Shown one piece after another: positions 53,507-64,000 of a stretch of DNA of 64,000 bases. Made by a program: the position numbers and the translations under genes. The first letter of the stretch is position 1, and each line of letters begins with the position of its first letter. Location: contig OX597832.1 of assembly GCA_951406725.2 (NCBI GenBank), positions 50,158,001-50,222,000 of the forward strand, read 5' to 3'. This DNA comes from Octopus vulgaris (taxonomy: Eukaryota). Below the pieces are notes generated by a model. It saw only the letters and a program-made list of their open reading frames with translations. It was not told where the DNA came from and made no database searches.

Positions 53507-53852
53507 CATCATCATCACCATCATCGTTTAACATCCGCTTTCCATGCTAGCATGGGTTGGACGGTTCAACTGGGGTCTGAGAAGCCAGAAGGCTGCACCA
53601 GGCCCAGTCTGATCTGGCAGTGTCTCTACAGCTGGATGCCCTTCCTAATGCCAACCATTCCATGAGTGTAGTGGGTGCTTTTTACGTGCCACCCGCACAG
53701 GTGCCAGACGGAGCTGGCAAACGGCCACGGACGGATGGTGCTTTTTACGTGCCACCGGCATGGGGGCCAGGCGAGGCTGGCAAACGGCCACGATCGGATG
53801 GTGCTTTTTACATGCCACTGGCACGGAGACCAGACGAAGCTGGCAACGGCCA
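53507..53852 (-). mobile_element. SINE family B with three tandem units
   Basis: GGTGCTTTTTAC(G/A)TGCCAC repeated at ~63-bp spacing. Confidence 0.88.
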
Positions 53853-54487
53853 AGGAAAAATTCACTTGCCATTAATTGTGAGTGAACTTCTGTTTACCAA
53901 GTTCACTCACAAGGCTATAGCAGAAGACACTTGACCAAGGTGCCATGTGGTTGGTAAGCAAGTTTCTTATCACACAACCACGACTCTACCTATAATGTAT
54001 ATATGTATCTACACATACGTATGAAGTTGTTTAAAGGATTATGATAGCAAGAGTAAAGTCAGAGCAGAAACTTTTACTCAATTTAAGTACAGTGTTTTAT
54101 GTTTTAGACATATTTATTCCCCACCATTTTCGCATACTGAAAGATCTCTCCCCTCCTCCTCCCCCACCACCAATATTGTTTATAAACATTCTTTTGAAAT
54201 TATACAGTTTATAAAGTAACTGTATGACAAGGTGAGCCAATTTACCGAAATATCTTAGGATAGCTGTCAGAGAGGTGAATGTTTTGATTTAAGGTCAGGT
54301 CATATGAAGTGTCATTTAAGCACAGTGTTTGAGAAAAGATTAGACAAGTTCAAGTTTGCTATCGTATTGTAAAGGTATTTTGGTAAACCGTTGCTTTTAG
54401 GTACAGTAGTTTCGGAGCAGGAAAAATAGGAGAAATAAGCAAGACTTTGAAACGGGAAATTGTGAAGGAAATTTATTATGCACTGGG

Positions 54488-54841
54488 AGGTGTGGCCATA
54501 ACCATGTAGTTTAGAAGCTCACTCTGCAATAATGTAGCTTTAGGTTCAGTCCCATTGTGTGACACCTTGGACAAGTGTCTTTTATTGTAGCCCTTGGTGG
54601 CCATAGCCATGTAGTTTAGAAGTTCACTCTCCAATAATGTAGTTTTAGGTTCAATCCCACTGTGTGGCACCTTGGGCATGGCACCTTGGGCATGGCACCT
54701 TGGGCATGGCACCTTGGGCATGGCACCTTGGGCAAGTGTCTTTTATTGTAGCCCTTGGCTGACCAATGCCTTGTGAATGAATTTGGAGGATGGACACTAT
54801 GTGGAAGCCTATCATGCGTGTGTGTGTTCATGTTTATGTGT

Positions 54842-54874
<33 letters not shown>

Positions 54875-54965
54875 CATGTGTGTTGGGAAGGTCTGTTTGT
54901 CACCCCACTCTTTGACAAATGGTGTTGGTTCATTTGTGTTGCTATAACTTAGTTGTTCAACAGAA
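54488..54965 (+). mobile_element. SINE family A with duplicated head and a 5 x 14-bp array
   Basis: Head at ~54490 and ~54597; TGGCACCTTGGGCA five times at 54665-54734. Confidence 0.85.
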
Positions 54966-55159
54966 CAGACGGATCTTTACCTTTTGACCAACAGATTTAA
55001 AAAAATAATTTTTTGTAACTAAACACTTTCAAACTTCGGACACTGGTAGAATGTGTCATATAAGACATCTTTTACTCTTAGCATTTTTTAGAAAAGCTTT
55101 TATTAACGAAGTTATTTCACGTTAAAGTAGTTGTATTTCGGTAATTTCAACCGATCAAT

Positions 55160-56288
55160 GACATGTATGTTCCAAACACAGCTTAATAATGACAAAGGTA
55201 TTTTGCTTAATTCTTCATTATCTTCTGACTTAACCCTTTTGATACCATCCTGTATTTATTACTGTATTTATTTTGAGATGATCTGTGTTTCTTTCAATTA
55301 CTTTATATATAACAAAGAATTTGATAAAATAACTTAGTTATCATTAACCCTTTCGTTACTGTATTTATATTGAGATGCTCTATGTTTCTTTCAATTACTT
55401 TATATATAACAAAGAATTTAATAAAATAACTTAGTCATCATTCAGCTAGTGTTAGGAACATAAATTGTGACTAAAGTTTGGTGGAAGATTTTAATTCAAC
55501 ATTTATGAAAACAAGACATTTGTACTCAGAGCCAGAGCCTGTTTGGTAACGAAAGGGTTAAGATTGCTCCTCATTCTATGATACAAACTTTCTGTTTTAA
55601 AGTGATTTAAATAAAAACTATTCATCAAAATTTCCTGTAAATTTATGCTCCAAACCCCAGCTTAATAACAACAGTTATTTTACTAAATTCTTTATTATTT
55701 TCGGACTAAATTGAAATAGACAGAAAAATATGGTGACAGAAGGGTTAAAGTGATCTAAATGAAAATCTTCCATTAAAATTTATATTAATTTATGTTCCTA
55801 ACGCAGGAGTGGCTGTGTGGTAAGTAGCTTGCTAACCAACCACATGGTTCCGGGTTCAGTCCCACTGCGTGGCATCTTGAGCAAGTGTCTTCTGCTATAG
55901 CCCCGGGCCGACCAATGCCTTGTGAGTGGATTTGGTAGACGGAAACTGAAAGAAGCATGTCGTATATATGTATATATATATATGTGTGTGTGTGTGTGTC
56001 TGTGTTTGTCCCCCTAGCATTGCTTGACAACCGATGCTGGTGTGTTTACGTCCCCGTCACTTAGCGGTTCGGCAAAAGAGACCGACAGAATAAGTACTGG
56101 GCTTACAAAGAATAAGTTCCGGGCTCGATTTGCTCGACTAAAGGCGGTGCTCCAGCATGGCCGCATCCAAATGACTGAAACAAGTAAAAGAGTAAAAGAG
56201 AGTAACAACAAAGTTATTTTGCTAAATTCTTCATTATTCTCCAAAATTAATTGAAACGAAGGCACAGACATGGTCACAAAAGGGTTAA
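55160..56288. mobile_element. Nest of subfamily-1-related piggyBac MITEs (complete copy 55348-55557)
   Basis: TTAACCCTT at 55230 and 55344; AAGGGTTAA ending 55561, 55748 and 56288; shared AAAGAATTTAGTAAAATAAC-like core. Confidence 0.8.
55802..56203 (+). mobile_element. SINE family A, full length, inserted in a MITE
   Basis: All modules present; flanks rejoin to MITE-like sequence. Confidence 0.92.
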
Positions 56289-57065
56289 ATTTTGTTTGAG
56301 ACAGACAGAAAGTAATTATAAAAAAATTTTCAATTTACAGTGTGCACTTTATTCTCCAAAATGAAGGTTAAAATTAGTGTTGCTTACAATACAATAGTAT
56401 TAAGCTACAAAAATTTTCCCTTCCCATTTTTATTAAGGGGGAAAAAAACGCAGAAAAGTAATAAAAGATATTAAAGCTTTATTAATTTTAGATTACTATT
56501 CTTTATTTATTATGTATCAATTTATTTTATATAAAATGGAATATTAAAAACTAATATAGTGAATAATGGTAGCGTATCTGTTCTTGTAGCGGTTGTGCAA
56601 CACTGTGTTATGCATGATATTATAGGGTTTTTTAAAGAGGATTTAGACCCTAAAAATCAATATGGTGCTACCATATTTCTTTAGTGCTGCTTCTCTGAAT
56701 ATGTCTTGTATCTCTCAAGTCTGATGATATATGAGCTCTAAACTTATATTCTCCATTTCTAAACAGGCATTGTGGTTTTTTTTTACTTCTTTTAACATTC
56801 TTAAAAAAGGAGTTAGCGGTGGTGGGGGAACCCATGTCCCATGTTCTTTGGTGGTCATCTCAAAATAGTGAGATCAATTTCGTTATTATGATGGACAATA
56901 TCATCATCATTTAAAGTCCTTTTTCCATGTTGGTATGGAAACACACACACAAGGTTTTGGTCATCTTTAGACTATAGTAGAAGGCACTTGCCCTCAGTGC
57001 CATGCAGTGGGATTGAACCAGAGACCATGTGGTTGGAAAGCAATCTTCTTGACCACATTGTCATT

Positions 57066-57228
57066 GGTGCCACGTAAAAAGCACTCGGTCCACTCTTTGG
57101 GGTGGTTGGAGTTAGGAAGGACATCCAGCCATAAAAGCCATGCAAAAACAGGCACAGTAGCCTGAGGTCTTCTACTGTCATCTGTCAAATTGTCCAACCC
57201 AAGGCAGACATCAAATGATGATGATGAT
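57066..57228 (+). mobile_element. SINE family B, diverged
   Basis: CACGTAAAAAGCAC...GTTAGGAAGGACATCCAG...GATGATGAT. Confidence 0.7.
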
Positions 57229-57425
57229 ATATATAGTCCAACACATGCCAACACGAATCTTAAGCGACGATGATGATAATATATAATATACAGACTAACT
57301 CAGTGATTGAACCTATGCCCACCAGATATGCTACAATACTCAACATTGATGCTTAATCATCCCTGTGAATTTAACCATCGAGGGTTTGACTTTAAATTCT
57401 GAAGAACGTTGCTGAATGCTACATG

Positions 57426-57467
57426 CACCTGAAGAAGGCCAAAGGGTACACCAGCTGAAATGTTGTG
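57426..57467 (+). ncRNA. Hammerhead motif, same family as 44617-44662
   Basis: CAC-CTGAAGA-AGGCCAAAGGGTACACCAGCT-GAAA-TG-TT-GTG. Confidence 0.6.
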
Positions 57468-57829
57468 GAGCGTAACTACCAAAATGTGAACACCAATCTG
57501 AAGATATCAGTGAATAACAAACTGTCTAAATGTGAGATATAGTGTTTTGATAGTGATTATATATGTATGCAGAAAAGAACTCCCAGTATACTGCCTTTTG
57601 TTCCTTGAATTTTGAGGCAATGCAGTGTTAGTAAATATTATGTAAATGAGTTTATTGCCAGTAACATCTTGGAGTTTGCATTAAAGGTCAGCTACTTGAA
57701 TAAAAATGATTGATTTCTTTTGTATATTCCTTTGGATAACAATTCATATTGCTTACATAGAAATCTTACCTCCTACACTCAGAAATATAAGCATCTACAT
57801 GGCACGATCACATACACATCCATACATAA

Positions 57830-57864
57830 ATATATACATATATATACATATGTATGTATGTATG

Positions 57865-57896
<32 letters not shown>

Positions 57897-58102
57897 TATA
57901 TATGTATGTATATATATATGTATGTATATATATATGTATGTATGTATATATATGTATGTATGTATGTATATATATGTATGTGTATATATATGTATGTATG
58001 TGTATATATATGTGTGTATGTATGTATGTATATGTATGTATGTATGTATGTATATGTATGTATGTATGTATATATTTGTATGTATGTGTATATGTATGTA
58101 TG

Positions 58103-58133
<31 letters not shown>

Positions 58134-58150
58134 ATATATATATGTATGTA

Positions 58151-58186
<36 letters not shown>

Positions 58187-58190
58187 ACAG
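57830..58190. repeat. (TATG)n/(TA)n microsatellite
   Basis: Direct inspection. Confidence 0.95.
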
Positions 58191-58586
58191 ATTCACACAA
58201 TCATGTGCATACATAAACACACACACACACTAGCTTTTTAATTTACTAGACATAACTTAAATCTGTGTGTGTGTGTGTCTGCACATACATATACACACAC
58301 ATGTGTACGTACGCATATACAAACATATATATCGCATCTACATAGAAATGTGATATGACTGATCGCCCATTTCCATAGAAACTGGAACTTGTATAATCCG
58401 TGCCTGTCATAGCATTCCACCATAACTCAACGACTGGCATTTGATCAATGATGTTTGCTCTACCCACCTGAACTTACCTGTTGCATTCCCAGGATAATAT
58501 ATAGTTTAATAATTGGCCAAATTCCTTAAGACCAACATATTTTGAAATTGACCAACATATCATGTGAGCGATATGTGTGTATGTGT

Positions 58587-58633
<47 letters not shown>

Positions 58634-58916
58634 TACCAGGCATAAGTGTGATTTTACATAAATGTGTGTATATTAATCTCTCTTGTTATGTCTGGTGTAT
58701 GCCATATTTGGCAAAATTCTGCTGAAGATACTGTTTTCTATTCCGAATATTAGAAAGAGATTATATGTGTATGGGTATGTGGGTATGTACGTGTGTGTTT
58801 GTTACGATTAGTGTATGTTAGTATCTGTGTGTATGTTTGTGTGAGTGCATGCACGCCACACACATACATACATCTATATCTGTGCGTCTCTGTCGGCCTG
58901 TCTGCCTGTCTGTCTG

Positions 58917-58919
<3 letters not shown>

Positions 58920-58969
<50 letters not shown>

Positions 58970-59280
58970 GCTATATATATGTATATACACACACACACTA
59001 TATATATATACAACTTTGTGTGTGTGTGTGTGTATATATGTATGTATATATGTGTATGCATGTGTGTGTATATATATATATATACAGCTTTAATTGTGTG
59101 TGTATATATATATGTATGTATATATGTGTATGCGTGTGTGTATATATGTATATATATATATACAACTTTGTGTGTGTGTGTGTGTGTATATATATGTATA
59201 TATGTGTATGTATGTGTGTGTATATATATATATATATATACACACATACATACACACACTAACACATACATACTATCCAT
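58920..59280. repeat. TA/TG/CA compound microsatellite with internal duplication
   Basis: TACAACTTTGTGTG at ~59009 and 59161. Confidence 0.9.
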
Positions 59281-59801
59281 ATACACAGATAATATTGTAA
59301 TATATTCATAGGGAAGGAAAAAGAAAATTGCACAATGTAATTTATCTCTATAATCTTAACATATCAATATTTTTGTATTTTAATCATGGAAATGAATATG
59401 TAAATGAATTTTCCAGTATTCTTACCCACCCCCACATCACCACCACCACCACCACCACCATTCCACTTCTGTTTCCATCATTCTTTCGTTCTTACCCCCC
59501 TCCGCCCCGCCCCCGTCTCCATTTCTGGTGTTGTCTAACTCTGAGTAGTATAAAAGAGAATGGAGAATGAATTATGCAGAGAATCTAGGGCATGTGGTTG
59601 TCCTTCTGTCCTTCTTTCCGTCCGTCTGTTTGTCTGTCTGTCTGTCTGTCTCTTCACTGCGGTCTGCTTGTCTATCTGCCTGTCTACCTCTGTCTGTCTG
59701 TCTGTCTCTCTGTCTATCCATATCAAGCTACTGTCTATTCATTCTGGCTACCTATATACCTGTCCATTTATCAATCATTAAGTTACCTATATACTTGCCT
59801 G

Positions 59802-59802
<1 letters not shown>

Positions 59803-59871
<69 letters not shown>

Positions 59872-60097
59872 GTATATGTATATATATGTATATATATGTA
59901 TATGTATATATATGTATGTATGTATGTATATGTTTATGTATGTATATATATGTATATGTATGTATGTATATATATGTATATGTATGTATGTATGTATATG
60001 TATATGTATGTATGTATGTATGTATATGTATATGTATGTATGTATGTATATGTATGTATATGTATGTATGTGTTTATGTATATATATATATATATAT
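59803..60097. repeat. (TA)n/(TATG)n microsatellite
   Basis: Direct inspection. Confidence 0.95.
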
Positions 60098-60770
60098 CCA
60101 TCGTTATAGTTACTCACCTAGCAAGGTATTTACCTGTCTCTTTCTTTCTCTTTGTCCGTCTTTCTCTTTCTCTCTCTGTCCCTCTCACACTCTGTCTGAC
60201 TATCTGTCTCTCTGTCTATCTATCTATCTATCTATCTATCTATCACTTTCTAGCTAGCTAGCTTTTTGCCTACCTGTCTAGCTAGCTAACTTTTCTACCT
60301 ATCAACCTACCTATCCACCTTTAATATCTTAAATGTGAGGTGTGTCTTTCATTTACTTCTTCCAAAGTTTCCGCCAATCAGCTTCAGCCTCGTTTTTTTT
60401 TTCCATTCCTCTTCACTCATATCAATTACTTCCAATCTTACCAACACTATATGTCCACCATCAACACCACCACCACCAATACCTATACCATCAACACCAC
60501 TACTAACGCCATCAGCATCACCACCACTACCATCTCCCAATGAACATCATCACCGTCGTTATCACTCACAGTGATTACTCCCATCATTTTGCTTTCAATC
60601 TCTGGCTCTTTCTAAGCAACAGCCCCTCTTAAAACCCCCGCCCTGTTTTCTCACCCATCGTGGGAGTTATTAACATGTAATCCATATTTCTCCCTTCATT
60701 CTAAACACCCCCATCATATGCACTTTATTTATTTAGGTTACCTCTCTTTTCTGTCTGTCTGTCTGTCTAT

Positions 60771-60815
<45 letters not shown>

Positions 60816-60978
60816 TCTCTCTCTTATCTTCCAAAGTAAGGCAACTAAGTTTCTACTTAAAGGAAAAGTCTTTTGCTGCGGTCTTTGGTTTTTTCTGGTT
60901 TTCACATCTTGGAGCCAGTGAGTGGTGGAAAAATGTTCTCATCATATTACTACCGGTAGTGATACTGCTGCTACCAAC

Positions 60979-61048
60979 GATCATCATCATCATCATCATC
61001 CTCACCATCACCATCTTCATCATCACCATCTTCATCATCACCATCTCA

Positions 61049-61082
<34 letters not shown>

Positions 61083-61113
61083 CCACCACCATCATCAGCA
61101 CCATCATTACTAC

Positions 61114-61151
<38 letters not shown>

Positions 61152-61275
61152 CCATCTTCATCACATCATCATCACCATCATCATTACCATCATCATCATC
61201 ATCATCATCATTACCATCATCATCATCATCATCACATTCATCATCATCATCATCACTATCATCATCATCACCATC

Positions 61276-61306
<31 letters not shown>

Positions 61307-61418
61307 CCATCATCATTACCATTATTATCATCTTCATCATCATCATCCTTATCATTACCATCATCTTCAATGCCATTGTCATCATCATCATCACCACCAC
61401 CACCATCTTCATCACCAA
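60979..61418. repeat. ~440-bp (CAT)n/(CAC)n tract
   Basis: Direct inspection. Confidence 0.95.
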
Positions 61419-62167
61419 TGGCTTCTTGCCATGTTTCCATTCGGATATTGCTGTCACTTGAGTAGACACAGTGTTCTTCCAAAGGTTTTTGGCTGTTGTT
61501 TCCTCTTTCAACATAAGCAAAAAAAAAAAAAAATAAATAAATAAGTCTTGTAGATTGAGCAATCCCTTATTCAGACTGAGTGTGATTTGGGCCACATTAT
61601 CCAATGTATTCCCTTTTTTGTTTTTCAAGACTTGGTAGGCTGTGTATGATTTCAGGGAGATTTGGCAGTTATTTTTAGCAGGTCAGACAATCCCCGTAAT
61701 TAAGACATTCAGTATTCAAGAATAAGTCAATTGTACTTGATTATAAGTTCAAACAGTATGTGGTGTGTATGCGACCACATTGCTAAATATTTTGCTTAAG
61801 TTGGCCTTGTGGGTCACGAGGTGGGAGGTTCGCTTGCTTTTTAATATAAGAGCTTAATTGTAATATTTGAGACATGAGTCCAGAGGATAGGAAGCTTAAC
61901 CCCCTTAGTGTTTAACCCCTTTAGCATTCAAATTACTCTGTCAAGTGTAATGTTTATTTATTCACATTATTTTGAATTAATCAGATGGATGTTGCTGAGG
62001 TAGAGTTTCAATGTCTGAATGCCCGTCCTTGTTTGCCATCCATTACCTGTTTCCAGACAAGGTAATATCTCCCCATGGCCACACATACATGCTTTTGCAG
62101 AATATGGGAATTTAATGACACTACTGTGTGACAATGGCACACAAACATGAACTCATATTACATGCTC

Positions 62168-62206
<39 letters not shown>

Positions 62207-62553
62207 TACATACACACACACGATTCTGTATATTTTACTAAATGTGGATAAAATCTCATTATTAGCAACTGAACCAATATTGTTTCCATCAGTAATAATG
62301 AATTTTTACCCAGCTTGCCATTTGCTGGACTAGTTCATTATATATATATATTTAAATTTAAAATAAGGGTGAGAAATTAGATATTACTTTAATTAACATC
62401 GATTTCACACCATTGGTCTAGCATAAAAAAACTGAAGGTTCAGTAAAACTGTATAATATATATATTAGAGACATGAGTCTTGAGAACATTTCTTGGTGGT
62501 GAGACCGTAGCAGATCTATTTCTAGCATATGGGTGTCCACATAGTGGTTTCCC

Positions 62554-62607
<54 letters not shown>

Positions 62608-62887
62608 ACTTGTACTCCCTTGGTTATGAAGACAAAGGTTCCAGTTAATTGATCAGCTGAACAACCCCCTCATGAAAATAACATGCAAGTGGCTGAGCAC
62701 TTCACAGACACATGTACCCTTAACGTAGTTCTCAGAGAGATTCAGCATGACAGAAAATGTGACAAGGTTGACCCTTTGAATTACAGTCACAACTCATTTT
62801 TGCTATCTGGATTGACTGGAGCAACATGAAATGAAGTGTCTTGCACATGCATGTCTGTGCAGAAATATACACACACACATATAGAGA

Positions 62888-62918
<31 letters not shown>

Positions 62919-63222
62919 TTGTTAGAAATTGAACACAATTGATATAAGCATTTTCCTCTCCTCTTCAGACGCATAAAATGAAATATGTTCACACACATAA
63001 ACAGAGAGATAGGCAGTGAAAGAGAGGGAGAGAATGAGAGAAACATTAAAATGTCTCATGTCAGATAAGTCAGCATCGAATCAGTGATGCCAAATACTTA
63101 GCACTGAAACAACTGTGCCAAAGTATCTCATGTCTATCGTGCCTGTGGCCAAAATACTGAGTTTCAGTAAGCAGTGGCAGTACTATAAAATTGACATGTG
63201 TTTGTTGTTTCTATATGTTGAG

Positions 63223-63705
63223 TGGAGGCGCGTGGCTTAGTGGTTAGGGTTTCAGCATTATGATTGTAAGATTGTGGTTTCGATTCTTGGACCGGGCGAC
63301 GTGTTGTGTTCTTGAGCAAAACACTTCATTTTATGTTGCTCCAGTCCACTCAGCTGGCAAAAATGAGTAACGCTGCGATGGACTGTCATCCTGTCCTGCT
63401 GGGGAACACATACACCATTGAAACCGAGCCAGGCTTTAAAAGGGTGCATTTGTGGAGGCACGTGGCTTAGTGGTTAGGGTGTCAGCATTATGATCGTAAG
63501 ATTGTGGTTTCGATTCTTGGACCGAGTGACGCGTTGTGTTCTTGAGCAAAACACTTCATTTCACATTGCTCCAGTCCACTCATCTGGCAAAAATGAGTAA
63601 CGCTGCGATGGACTGGCGTCCTGTCCAGCTGGGGAACACATATGCCATAGAAACCGGGGAACTGGGTCCATGAGCCTGGCTAGGCTTTAAAAGGGTGCAT
63701 TTATT
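63223..63705 (+). mobile_element. Head-to-tail dimer of SINE family D
   Basis: GTGGAGGC.CGTGGCTTAGTGG at ~63222 and ~63452; both copies end GGCTTTAAAAGGGTGCATTT. Confidence 0.9.
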
Positions 63706-63816
63706 TTTATTTATATGTTGAACATTGCTCATTTGAATGTCAATCCATCTCATCTCCTTTTCTCACATGACACACTCAGAACTTTATCTGATATATATAG
63801 TCATCCATTTTTAAGA

Positions 63817-64000
63817 CATCATCGTCATCATCATCGTTTAACGTCCGCTTTCCATGCTAGCATGGGTTGGATGATTTTGATTGAGGGCTGGCGAACCAGA
63901 TGGCTGCACCAGGCTCCAATCTTGATTTGGCACAGTTTCTACAGCTGGTTGCCCTTCCTAACGCCAACCACTCCGAGAGTGTAGTGGGTGCTTTTTACAT
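63817..64000 (-). mobile_element. SINE family B running off the window end
   Basis: (CAT)n CGTTTAACGTCCGCTTTCCATGCTAGCATGGG. Confidence 0.85.

Noticed and set aside
58471-58480. Perfect CAG|GTAAGT donor on the minus strand
   Set aside because: No convincing upstream acceptor or coding frame.
60853-61628. Poly-Asp/His/Ser/Met ORFs
   Set aside because: Translations of (CAT)n; the frames switch homopolymer and show no domain.

Overview
AT-rich, repeat-saturated eukaryotic DNA with no recognisable intact protein-coding gene. Almost all ORFs in the track are artefacts of microsatellites or SINEs. The mix of modular tRNA-headed SINEs and very dense (TA)/(TG)/(CAT)/(GGT) microsatellites suggests a coleoid cephalopod (octopus-like) intron or intergenic region; this is inferred from repeat content and not verified. 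Contents: (1) four SINE groups, labelled here A (CORE-like motif, internal microsatellite), B ((GAT)n tail, ~63-bp internal tandem units), C (Nin/Deu-like domain) and D (Meta/V-like domain); (2) TTAA-flanked piggyBac-type MITEs of about 220 bp; (3) two decayed RTE-type LINE relics; (4) helitron-like and foldback elements; (5) a (TAA)n-embedded element; (6) a 2.5-kb TA/TATG tract. The most notable unannotated signal is a set of about eight minimal type-I hammerhead ribozyme motifs (Penelope/retrozyme type) from several distinct short non-coding elements, one inside a long inverted repeat. Several long foldbacks could form dsRNA if transcribed. Family names are from recalled consensus motifs, not database searches, and ends of degenerate copies are approximate.
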